From Octopus bimaculoides (lineage: Eukaryota): 64,000 nucleotides of DNA. The stretch spans positions 8,885,578-8,949,577 of the forward strand of contig NC_068997.1 in assembly GCF_001194135.2 (NCBI RefSeq). Direction: 5' to 3'. The notes under the pieces were generated by a model, which saw only the letters and a list, made by a program, of their open reading frames with translations, did no database searches and had not been told where the DNA came from. Positions 37,171 through 50,226 of this stretch are shown here, one piece after another (positions within the stretch are counted from its first letter, which is position 1; each line of letters starts with the position of its first letter). Made by a program: the position numbers and the translations under genes.

Positions 37171-38105
37171 AAAAGCTGATAGAGGATTCAGGCAAACAGA
37201 ATTTCTTTCACAACTACAAAAATTATACATTTTTGTGGGGCGAGGGTTAACAGCAATTTACTTAACCATAGTATGTGACTGGTACTTCTGAGGACAGAGA
37301 AAGCAAAGTCAGCTTCAGTAGGATGTGAACTCAGAATTTAGACAAAATACTAAATAGCAAAGCAGCTGACACTATCAATCATTGAAGGGAAAATGTTGAT
37401 GCCAAGAAAATTTTAATCCATATAGATAGATAAAAGATTGTTAATCTTAGTCTAAACTCTCCACTATTACTACTACTCAATTACCCTTTTCAATAATTGC
37501 TAATATAGGCACAAAACTACATTTTTTTTTTTTGGAAGGGGTGGAAGGGGTTAATCGATTGATTCAATCCATTATCTGACTGGTTTATTGCCTCACTACT
37601 GCCACCACCACTGCCAACCAGAAGAATGAATGGTAAACTCAATCTTGGCAAGATTTGAACTAAGAAGAGCAAAAATATTGGTTTCAAATTTTGGCTTAGA
37701 GCCAGTAATTACAGGGAAGTGGGGGTTAATTTGTTTACTTTGTGTTCAACTGGTACTCATTTTAACCCCCACCCCATCCCAATAGGAGTGAAAGGCAAAG
37801 CTGACCTCGATGGAATTTGAACTCAGAACATAAAGAAAGAACAAAATGCCACTAAGTATTTTGTCTGGCATGCTAACAATTCTGCAAGCTAGCTGCCCTC
37901 AGAAGAGCAAGAATATTGGAAGGTATTTTGTTATGATGATTCTATCAATCCACCACTCTGATATAATAAATATCACTCTACAACATTGGCACAAATCAAT
38001 AAATTTGGAGAGGATTAATCATTTTAATCCACCTTGGGATTTCAACAATTTTGTATCACTTCATCAATTCTACCAATGCACAAGACCCATAATACTACTA
38101 ATTAT

Positions 38106-38143
<38 letters not shown>

Positions 38144-38153
38144 NNNNNNNNNN

Positions 38154-38189
<36 letters not shown>

Positions 38190-38229
38190 AAAATGTGTCA
38201 AAAAGTAACCTTGTAATCATACTCTAAGA

Positions 38230-38429
38230 CAGTGGTTCCCAACCTGTGGTTTGCAAAGCGGTAGTACTGGGGAGTCTATGGAACTAAATTCAAAATTTCA
38301 TTCACACACACACACACATATATATACATACACACACACACACACATAAGGATGGGGGGGGGGTTCATGGGGAAACTCATTTAAATAAAAGGGGTCTTCT
38401 ATTGGCAGTGAAAATGTTGGGAACCACTG
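38230..38429. mobile_element. hAT-family MITE
   Basis: Perfect 14-bp TIR CAGTGGTTCCCAAC/GTTGGGAACCACTG and 8-bp TSD CTCTAAGA (38222-38229, 38430-38437). Confidence 0.93.
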
Positions 38430-38633
38430 CTCTAAGATATGTTAGGATCTCAAAAATACTGCAACAGGGGCAAATTATCTGGATATTGTCGACAAAAAAG
38501 GGAGTTTCATGATATAACTGTAGTTGACAAAAAGAAAATTGTAAAACAGAAAGGATCTCTATAAAGATAAGACTGCTGAAAATGATTAAAAAAAAAAGAA
38601 GACATATATAAAACAGACATCAGAATTTACACA

Positions 38634-38679
<46 letters not shown>

Positions 38680-39399
38680 CACTACTAGGTAGAGCCATAT
38701 TTCATATAAGATATTAGCAATGCAACAGAAAAGCATACAAAAAGCAAACATGGATATTAAGCAAAGATATTCTCAGTAGTGCATTGAAAACGAGTTTATT
38801 GAAAAACAAAACAATACACATTCATAGAGAATATTCTGACACTTCCTCTCTGTGAATTGTGATTTATTATCCTCTCACCCCAATTAGGCTACACGATTGA
38901 ACACATTCATTACCTGATGTATCTGACTGTGTATCATGTATAATCTTGATGTCATGTTCTATGCTCCATTACTTACTCGTTCTGGTTGTCTACTCCATCC
39001 AAAAATGACAAATTACCGAAAGATAGTTTATTAATTTTCTCAAGATGTAACTACCAATCATGGAGAAAACTGCATTACAGACATTTAGTAGTCTTACTAC
39101 TGCTATTGTTCGACCTTATAGTCATAGTTTATATTACTGCCAACACAGTCATATGAAAGCTTTCCAGCTTTCCCAAGTCACTGCTATGATAATTAAACAA
39201 CAACTCATAACAGGCATAAAATTAATCCCATTATGTCATTATATTCCTGCCAATCTTGCTACTCAAAAACTGAAATTCTTTCCTGGTATTAATCACTTTC
39301 CAACCAGTAAGTGCACCAAGGAACCTAATACAAACCAAGAAATGATAACACAAAATTTCCACCATATTCAAATAAACACCACTTTGCTATATTTTAAAC

Positions 39400-39720
39400 A
39401 GACACGGGTTTGAATATATAAACACGAGAAAAATTACTCGATACTTAAGTTCATTCACAGTTGATGATTCTGATGGCTGCCAGTCAGATATATGTGCACA
39501 TATGTAAGGATGTGGGTATGAGTGTATATATTTTTTATTGTAGGAATTGAAAGACAGTTTCACTCTATGTGCAGGAATCTTCAGTCAAATCAAAGATTCC
39601 CATATCCAGGCTGAAAACGCTGGTCATTGTGAGGCATTGAACTCTTCAATTCCAATGATGAATTTCTTCCGACAATCAATCTGGATTGAATTCTATGAGT
39701 AGTAGTGCTAATTATAACCT
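39400..39720 (-). mobile_element. Probable Penelope-type pLTR with a hammerhead-like core followed by AATAAA
   Basis: Minus strand TTGA-CTGAAGA-(16 nt)-GAAAC-T-GTC-TT-TCAA, then caataaaaaat. Confidence 0.45.
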
Positions 39721-39727
39721 AACCAAT

Positions 39728-39768
<41 letters not shown>

Positions 39769-42038
39769 ACATACACACACATTTACCTCTTAATTTTTGC
39801 CAGGCTTACCTAACACAACTTCAAGGCCAAATATTCTGTGCCGCTTTCAATAATTGTTTGTAATTAATTTAGTTACAAGGCCAGGTACAAATTGGGTGGG
39901 AGGCAGTCAATACTATTGACCAAGTACTTGACTGGTATGTTATTTGATGGACCCCTGTGGGATGAAAGTCTAAGCTGACCTCAGTTGAGTGTAATAGAGC
40001 AAGGTAATTTTTTTTTATGATGCTCTTATGATTCAGCAAGCTCACAGCCATTGAGCATTTTTCAGTAACAAAATCCAATTTTCGTATCATCAATTTATAT
40101 TTTTAAGAACCTACTACAAGACACTGATGATTCGTCAGTCGCTTCACACACCACCATTCTAGCAGACAGACACACATACAGCAACAATCAGTTTGTTTAC
40201 TTAATAAAGCTAGTTGAATGTAAAGGAGCAAATTTGTAACTACAACAGCCATCACAAATTTAACAGTTGAAAATTTGATGTTTAAATTTTTTTAGAACCA
40301 TAATAAACAGCAAATGCCCCCTGGATAAAAGGTATATGACCAGTAATGTTCTAAATTCAAACTGGAACTTTTGCTCCTTCTCAAAACACATCAGCTTCAG
40401 GATCATCTTTTTCCTTTCAATTGTTTGTAAGGACTTTTTTCATTTGTTCCAGGTTACTGAATATTTCTAAAGAATATCCTTTTTATCTACTGTTTTCCCT
40501 GGCATACTAGTCAAATTTTTCAGACCAAAAGGTGGGTCAACTTATTACACCAAGACGACTATGGAGGATCAAAAATTCCATGTAAAATGCAGTAGGATTT
40601 GGAAGAATAGGGACAATGTTTGAATGTTTACACTATATACTACATTGACTGGTATACTGGAAAATATGATATCTAGTGAGAGAAAGATGAAAAGAAAGAC
40701 AACGATGTGTGCACTTTACAATAAGATATTTTCACTAACACTATCTATTCAATCATAATGGACAAATTTATTGTGGCAAAAGAATGGCCTTCAGGCATGA
40801 CAATGAACTTAACTAGGCTTGAATTATAGGTAAATAATATGTACACATCATTAACTAGTCTGTTCATTGCACTTATCCATGTAGTATTAAATAAATGGAA
40901 TGAAATAAACTTTCTTAAGACCACTACCTCATTAAAAAAAAAAAACACTACAGAAAATTCTATTGTTTATGATATCAGCTACAGATATAAATATTCTTTA
41001 AAAGACAATCAACACATATCTTGTTTTACACAGCTAAAGAAAGATGCAGCCAAAGCAGTTAATAATTCCACTTGCATCGATCTGGACAGACAGTACAGGG
41101 GGAAGCAAGATTGCTGAGACTGGTGCTGGAAACCAGAATCTCCTACTTCAGACTTGTATGTTACCAGGATTCATTTAAAGCAACATCTCAGGACATTTCC
41201 AAGATAGACTTTGATAAACCCACAATAAATTACATCTGAGCCTTCACACATATATTATGTATATAGTCGAAACTAAACTGTTGTAATAAATTTAATTATC
41301 ATATTTATTGATTTCTGATTAGGCCTTCACCAAATACTTTGTAAGGCAAGATACGGTTGATTAAATCAATTTTGTTATATTACAAATATTAATTTATCAA
41401 TCTCAGAAGGACAAAAGGCAAAGTCAACCCTATCAAATATTTAACTCAAAACTGAAAAAAATATAACTAAATGTTACAAAGAACTTGGCACTTTGCAAGC
41501 CAAGTTAGTCTTCTACTACTACTACTATCATGTATGCCAATGTAAAATCATTCCCCTTTTCAATTCAGAGAAATTAGAACAGGTAGAGTACCTTGCTCAG
41601 GGGACAAACACTGCACAAGAAAATTTATACTTAAGACCATGTGGTCATACAAATATCACTTGCCATTGTGTGCATTTCTTGATGACCTTATAAAAAAGGT
41701 CAACAAACAAGGAAGTAGCAGGACTTTTTTTTTTGTTTTGTTTTAAATGGTTTTGATGATCCAAAGTAGTCCATATACCCAAAACAAAGTTAGATACAAT
41801 GAAATTATAAAGCTTGTTCACAAACTCTTAAGTACAAAGTTCAACTATAGACAATCTGAATTATTTGTACATATTTCAGTCAACCTAGTGGAATAGCTTA
41901 CCAGATAACCCATACCACTTGCCATTGAGAATAACATCAAAGAATAAAAATAATGTTCCAAATATTCAGACCAAATATTCGGCTAAGCAGTTCGAAAACT
42001 TTGAGGTCACAGTTAACATTAGTCTTATTAAAGAACTA

Positions 42039-42103
<65 letters not shown>

Positions 42104-44012
42104 ACTAATGAAGCCAAACTAAATAATATTTTGGAAGCATTTGTTACATGTGTTTCAGATCTTGCAGAATTTATAATAGGAAATGCATTCCCTCACACAA
42201 AGCCTTCTTCAGTTCGTTTCAAGATATTTTGAAATAACTGCAAGTTTTACATAAAGGGATGTAATTTCCTATTATATTACACAAGATCTGAAATGCACGT
42301 ATTAATTAAATGCTTTCAAAATATCATTATCTGGTTTGACTTCATCATTACAAATTATTGTAGGACTTGATGCAAGCACAAACAAAGCCTGTCCTGACTC
42401 CATTAAAATGGATACTCTAACAAGGATTAAGGATAGTTTGTTTATTTACCTCAAGTTGAAAATTATGCTACTAAGCAAAACACTATATATATATATATAT
42501 TATTTTAGAAGAAAAAAAATATATTAATGTCAATGGAATAAAAAAATTAAATGGGGAGAGCTGCATTGATAGCACCAAAAGTACAAAACAGTTTTATTTC
42601 ACACTAAAATCCACACAAATTTTTTTTAGATATAAGTAGCTATTACTACAAAAATTGCTTTTGAAAATTTTTACCTTCAGCGCATTTATAGCCATTTTAC
42701 CATGCAAAGAAGTATATATGAATTTGTATAAACAAATATTTAGCAACTATTCTTGCAGAAGGTGCAAATGCAAGTAGCATCTGATGCCAGCAAACTAGTG
42801 TACCTTTGCATATTTTTACAGTTAGTAGCTAGGCACCTTTGGAGTTAAACGCTGAATCTGTACAGTTAAACTGTAACAATGGCTATTTGATGCAAATTGT
42901 AAGAAGAAAAAGAAAAGAGACAAGTTAATGACATAATCCTGATAAATTGTTTAAACTAGGTGTTTGCATTGTAAGCAACTTTTGCCTATTTTACAACTAT
43001 TGTCAGAGCTGCAGCTGCCTCAAGAGACTTTCCCTTACAACCTAACTAACCTTAATCTATACTTAATAATGCCTGGAAGGGAATTTGTGCATCAATATTT
43101 CCTTGCTAACTGCACAAAAACAGTATTACAATGAAAGGAAGGGGAAATATTAAACTTCAATTAATATACTGAACTATCTATATCTATCACGATATATATA
43201 TACATATATATACATGCCAAACTGCATTCTATTTATTGATACTTTCAAACACTTTCAAGTATTTTAACATTTAGATAAAACCTGTACAAGATGTCCAATT
43301 TTGTAAAATTTTTGAGGGAGTAGATAATCTGTTACCTAGGTAACTTGATCTATGCAAAGATAGAGCAGGCAAGTAGTAGCTGTTATATTTAAGCAAGCTT
43401 TCTGAGTGATGTGGGAAAGATTTCTGTTATATTATCATTGAAGGTCTCTTTGTGTTCAAAAGATAGGCTAAGGGAAATAAATGTATGTAAGAAACATTTT
43501 CAAGCAGCAAGTAGAACAAATGAAAAAATTACAATTCTCTGAAATACAGAAGTTCAAAAGAGCAGTATTCAGCTTAAAAAATATAACAAAGAAACAAGAA
43601 ACGTCAATGAGTTATTTTCAAGAAAGACATAATTAAGCAGTAATGACAGAGATTTGTGGTGAGAAAGAATGGATTAAGAAAACTACTGCACTGGAAACAA
43701 GTTTAAGCAGAAGGGGTTAAGATTGGGGGTGTGTGAAAAAAATGGAAAATATGGTCACAAAAGCCTATATAAAATCAAAATGAAGAGAAGGAAATTCAAG
43801 CCCAAATTAATCATGAATATGAAGGTGAAACATAATAATAATGATGAGCCATTTAAGCGAAGCAGGATTGTTTAAAAATCATCTTTTAACCAGAAATCCA
43901 GTATTATTGGCAAATAGATGTGGAAACAGCTATGGAGCAATACTTTCATTGCATCAATACAGAGATAATGAAACTAAATTAAACTAATAATAATAAAAAA
44001 AAGGCAGTGGAT

Positions 44013-44208
44013 TTAACCATTTAGTATTTAAACCAGCCATATCTGGCCTAAATATTCTACCTCTTTTATGCTCAAACTGGCCATATCTGGCCTCTTGCAC
44101 CAACCTTATAATGTCATTTTAAAAATATACAATCACCCCATCGAAATCTCAAAGCTTCAAGACAATGCATGATATATTCACAAAGTAATCTGAGTGGTAA
44201 AGGGTTAA
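44013..44208. mobile_element. piggyBac-type MITE
   Basis: TTAA..CCATTTAG / TAAAGGG..TTAA; body matches 2288-2515. Confidence 0.75.
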
Positions 44209-45073
44209 GACACCAGTATAGAATTAGTCATCTGTGTATGAGAAGTTGATACATGAAAAGTTAAAACAAGGAATATTAAAAAAGAACATAATGAATAAAT
44301 TTTGGAAAGTAAAAAAAGCTTTCTGAATATATTAGTCAAATAAAGAAGCTTGAGAACATTCACAAGTTTAGTTGAAATATGCTATATGATTGGGCAAATT
44401 TCTGTTCTCTTTAGATTGGAGACGAAAGAAAATCCTACTGGTATGATGTAGTAAGCCCAACTAAAGCACGGAATGATAGTAAGATAGAAAATAAAACAGC
44501 CATTAGCTGCCTTTAAATGTTAGTGTGGCTTCATACCTCACTTTGTTGTCATAGGTGACCTACATTTCTCTGCATGGCCATAATGTTTCTCTCTCTCTAG
44601 CTCTGCTTCAGAAAGAAACCACATACTATCCTTACGAGAGAGAGATCACTAAATTACTTGCAGCACTGTAAAAGCTTTAGTCTAAATTTTTTTTCCACTA
44701 AAGCATACATGAGGATGCTGATAATTTCCTTTTGAAGGGAAGCAATAAAATAAAAATAGGAAGGAAGAGAAGAAAGTATATGGATGAATATTAAGCCAAG
44801 GTGATAACAGCCCAAAGTGGCATAGACAGTAGCAGTAGTATTCTAATATACAACAGAGGCTCTGAAGTAAGAGCTAGAACCATTGCTAGTCTACTGAAGA
44901 CAGCAGTCAGACTAAAAGGATGCCAGAGATCTCATGAGCTGGTGTCTTCACTATTGATCATTGTTCAATAGTGAAGAATATAGTTCAAGATTTGCAAACG
45001 GTTATAAATAGAGATAGAGAAATTATTACCAAGATCAAAAGACCCCCATGGGTTTAGGTCTTTTTGATCTGGG

Positions 45074-45117
<44 letters not shown>

Positions 45118-47574
45118 CTAGTCTCAAATGCCTTCAATTTTAGATATCTTAGCAATTCTCACACAAACAGTGTAATTTAAAATAGAATAAACAAATCATG
45201 CTTTAGAGAAGAGAAGAAACAATTTTAAAGATTCTGTAACTAAACGGCTTTGGTCATGTTCTTCATAAGCTATAATTATAATATAAAGCAATAAGTATTG
45301 AACATGCCTCAACTGATACTAATGAATTAAGGTTTCGTTTTACTATAAAAAGCCCAAATTGGAAAATTGCATTATTCAAAAAAAAAAAAAAACGAAAAAT
45401 TAAATCGAATTAAGAAGAGAAGGAAAAAGTTAATTCTCAGGAACGTTTACAAATAGCTCATCTTCTGTGAGGCAAAATAAATTAGTGAGAGAACTGCTAC
45501 AATATCTCTAATCTTAAGTCATAGAATTAAACAATGATAGATCAATAGTCATTACACGTTTTAGAAGTGGGTTGAATTGAGTACGAAAATGTTTTGTATC
45601 CAAGTCTTTTGAACTAAGAAAACGATTTCTCTGCATATAAGCTTTAACATAAATTTTATAAAGACATGTTTGTTTTTCAGTTAAGAATATTAACAAAATT
45701 CAGTTCAGTTGGATGAACTCCAATCCACTTCGTTTTGAAGGCAGCATAGTCAGAGTAGGGACTAAAATAAATTAGACTTAAATATATTAGGCAAAAGCGA
45801 AGTTTAAACGTTTGGCAATAATTGATAGTTGTAATGCTAAAGATGGTTAGTCGAGAATTTATACATTCCAAGAATTCGAACAATCAATCTATAAGCATAT
45901 TTTGTTTTGTAAATGGAATGTATTGGAAATAAAGACCGCACATCAAGTGACAGCAACCCAACACAAAACTGCTAGACATACCAGATATTTTCTGTATGAA
46001 AGATATCAATAGACAATGTAGAAAACACGAAATAAAGTAGGATAAAGACATGGTTAAGTTCGCTTAATCTAAGATTTACACACACACATATATGAGTTCG
46101 CTATGTGCGTGCGCGCTTAAGAGATGTCAAAGTAAAATTAAAGAAAAAAAGAATGAGATAGAAAAGCACTGTTTTATTTATTATTATATCAATATTACAA
46201 ATTGTTTATTACCAAGAAACTCATTACGTATGCAATAATATTTAATCCTTCGGTTTAAAATTTAGAATGTATTCATTCATGTGTTTAAGAATATTTTAAG
46301 ATGTTCTATATTTTACCTGTAATAGGAAACAAAAAGTTTTGCCAAGAAATTGTGAAAACTACTCAAATCTCGAAAAACAGCTACATGTGGTTTTGCGAGC
46401 CACATGTTCGGACAGCAGATCTGAACTGAGAAAATAAATTATGCAGGCTTTGCTAATAATAGTTCGGAGAAAAAAAAAAGTCGGCATAATTAGAGAATGG
46501 ATAATATTGTGTTATATGTTGCAATAAAAGAATTCGTTCTACATATGTTAACCTTCAGGATTCTGAAAACCAATAATACCAGCTCACATAACTTCAAATA
46601 ATTCTAGCTCATAACGAAACAGCATTAATAGAAAGAAGAAAAAAGTGACCAACATGGAACCAGCGATTCATTTGACATCGCGGTTCTGAAAACTGGCCGC
46701 ATTCTCAAACTTTCAAGCGTAATACAAATAAAAAGCCTCTAAGTTTCTGTAGCCAAAGTATATTTCCAACTCGATCAACTGAAGGAACTAATAATACATA
46801 CATTGCCAGTGACAGCTTGTAAACCAAAGACAATAAATCTAGCAGTTTAACCACAAAGTGAGCTATATCACTTTATGATTGTTGTAGGTGAGTGATTTTT
46901 GTAAATGGCAATAAACATTCATTCTAACTTTAACCAGTTATATCTAAAGTGTAATTCACACCAATGTATATCTACCGTCAGCTCTGCTATTAATTTATAT
47001 CTCTAATTATAGTATTTTTTTAAAAAACAAACCTCAGTGGAAATTTTCACTTACAAAGTCCCTCCCTCTGTTTGCCTATTTCTAATCTCGTACAATAATT
47101 GAAGTCAAACTGGAAGTCTTAATAGCTTACAGTAACCATCTGGCAGAAAGTTAAATCTCAAAGGGAAAATTAAATTTAACGGACTTTATAAAATGATCGT
47201 CTTCGAAATAGCAAAATAACAGGAGGATAAATCCCAAGGCAATTGAAATCTTGTTTAGATCTCGGTTCAAAAGTCAGTAACTGGTCAAGGCGAAAATCCA
47301 TTCGAATTCCAAGTAAAACCAAGACTTTTTACTTGCTCGACAAGAAGTTCGAGAGCAATGGTCAGACACAACTGACCATGTATGTAGTTATGATTAACAT
47401 ATCGTACAGGAAGTAATATTTTTTTGTAAAAATGGAATAAACAATAATTGTCTAATTACACTTCCAATAGCGAAATCCTGTCCTTCAAAGGCGTTAAACA
47501 AGTTTTAGCGATGGTTGAAATCAAACATGGAAGTCAATGCAGTATATTAATTGTGATGAAGTATACATATACAT

Positions 47575-47611
<37 letters not shown>

Positions 47612-48359
47612 NNNNNNNNNNNNNNNNNNNNNNNNNNNNNNNNNNNNNNNNGCACATACATCCATAAATACACGCACGCACGTGTGTGTGTGTAAAATCA
47701 ACAAATTAGATTTGGTACAAAGAATAAAGCATTAAAATCTGATGAAATGTACAATATGCAATTCTCAAGGCATTCAAGCTTGATTGCCAACAAACAATAG
47801 CTGTAAAGATTAATACAAATGTTTTCACTAAACGTGAGAAAAACGAAAATGAGACACGGCTGAATTTGAAAGCAATCAAAATATATTTGTATCTTTTATT
47901 ATTTATAAAAACCACTGTCTTGGCAATGGTCACATTACTCAATCAAGCTTCCTGGTGCTCTTCACCAGTTCTACGAAACTCGACTGTTTATGGTGACTAA
48001 TTATAAGTTATGAAAAATAACCAGATCTCGTTGCCTGATTTTCCCCGAGTTAGAAGGTTGCACAGCTTAGTGTGTGCATGTGTGTGTATGTATCCGTATT
48101 AAGACGAATGGTATGCAATCTGAAATTTCATCCAAACACTATATCATATGATGATAATTACGAAGATGATCCATGATGAAGAAAGCAGAGACATTGATTT
48201 AATTAAGTTATTAATAATAACTTCCATTAATTAATTTGATATTTCTTAAAATAGCACTAGTGTAGCAATAATTGGGTACCCTCCCAGCAGTATACTGGAT
48301 AGATATTATCCCTTAGTGGGTTGAACCCCCAACCCCTAACTCTCTCACGTTATATATAT

Positions 48360-48394
<35 letters not shown>

Positions 48395-49983
48395 AACGGG
48401 ATGATACGATCACAACGTGCACTTAATTTGGGGTTTGGCAAGGTAACGAACCGCATTAATAATTAACCGAACGTGTAAATATATTTTTATCTAAAATATA
48501 TATATATTAAAAAAGGAAAGAAATCTTACTTTATTGGTTGAAACCAGCNNNNNNNNNNNNNNNNNNNNNNNNNNNNNNNNNNNNNNNNNNNNNNNNNNNN
48601 NNNNNNNNNNNNNNNNNNNNNNNNNNNNNNNNNNNNNNNNNNNNNNNNNNNNNNNNNNNNNNNNNNNNNNNNNNNNNNNNNNNNNNNNNNNNNNNNNNNN
48701 NNNNNNNNNNNNNNNNNNNNNNNNNNNNNNNNNNNNNNACAATGCTATTTGTTGATCAGCAACAGAAAAAGCATCGAAATCATTTTGGAGGGGGTACTGT
48801 TCACGTGAAAGGCAACACTTGATGGTATAGAAGACTCTCTGGCCCATTATTGTAGTTCTTGGGTTAAAAGAAAGAGAGTGGGGGGGGGTAGAAACCAACA
48901 TTGAATGATAGTTTACTAGGTTAAAAACGGTGGTGGTGATGGTTTGTGTAGGCAAGAATCAATTCCAGAAAAAAATTTTTTATTATTATTAAAAGTGAAG
49001 TGTGTTTGTTGTGGAGAAGGGGAAAAAATGTATGGGTTCGTTCAGCCAATGCTTTTCATTTGAGAATGTTGAGTGGTTTAGTGGGTTTGTAAGACTGGAT
49101 TCATCGCCACACAAGCTTTTATAATACAGGCACCCACAAAAAATGCAGTTCTAGTTTTTATTAATGCTATGGCTGCGAGTGCGCTGCGGTAAAAAGTATA
49201 GAAAACACCAGAAATGAACCCCACAAAAAACTATACATCACCCTCTTTTTGCACGACCGGGATCGGTCTGTATTCTTTGGTTAACCTTTTAAAAACGAGA
49301 AATCGATTAGAGACCATTTCTTGACTAGCGATCAGCGATATAACTTCTTTGTTGCAAGCTTTAGCATGTTAGCTTCTGAAGCACGAGAGGCACAAATTAA
49401 CATTGCTCCACACCCACAAAGGCCGTACAATCTCAAAAGCCCAAATAAACTTTCAAAGAAATTACGAATATAAAATACAACAATTGCACTGGTGGATGTG
49501 GTTTCCAAAAGTTCTGAAACAATTTAAAATGGCTTTAAAATGTGTTGCTTGGAGATCAAGTTCAAAACAACATAAAGAATGGGTGGTTCCTTACTTAACT
49601 ATCAGTCAATAGAGTGGACTAGGAATTTTTCAAACGACTTTATAGGGAAAAAAAAGTTCGTTGCTTATACAGAAAAAAATGAATATTATATGAAAAGGAA
49701 ACTAACATGCATAATTAACAAGTAAACAAAATAGAACAGAACCGGTAAAGTTTTCACTAACTTTAATCTACTTTACTAGCACCAGAATAAACTTCGAACT
49801 TAGCAAGGAAGAATGGTGTGTGTATAGTAATGTTTGCACTAGAATCTCCTCCACCCTCCATAGATACATTGCCACTCCAACAAACTGCACTGTACTGTAG
49901 CATATTATTGTATATACACATCATAGAAAGCTAAAAGCTTCCCTTAACTCAATCGGCGGTGCATTAATGAATAAGCTACTCAC

Positions 49984-50226
49984 CTACTAATTTCGATCGA
50001 AAATAGAACAGCAAACAACAGTTTGGGATTTAGATTTAGTATCTTATAGGTTCTTGAAAGAAATAATGTGCAAGAAACAGCTGGTTTGTTTTCCAATGCG
50101 ATTACAGGTTCTTTTTTTTTTTTTTTTTTTTGTATAAAACTGATAATATTGGTACAACATGACATTGCATGACTCTCAAGAAAAGTGGAAATAGATTTCA
50201 ATCTGTTGGGTCAATACGATTACAAA
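49984..50226 (-). other. Candidate non-coding 5' UTR exon of the zinc-finger gene
   Basis: Acceptor ttttgtttgcttatactctttag (50227-50228) and donor TAG|GTGAGT (49983); splice-site resemblance only. Confidence 0.3.

Noticed and set aside
46380-46410. Hairpin ACATGTGG..CCACATGT
   Set aside because: Matches the subterminal palindrome typical of hAT MITE ends
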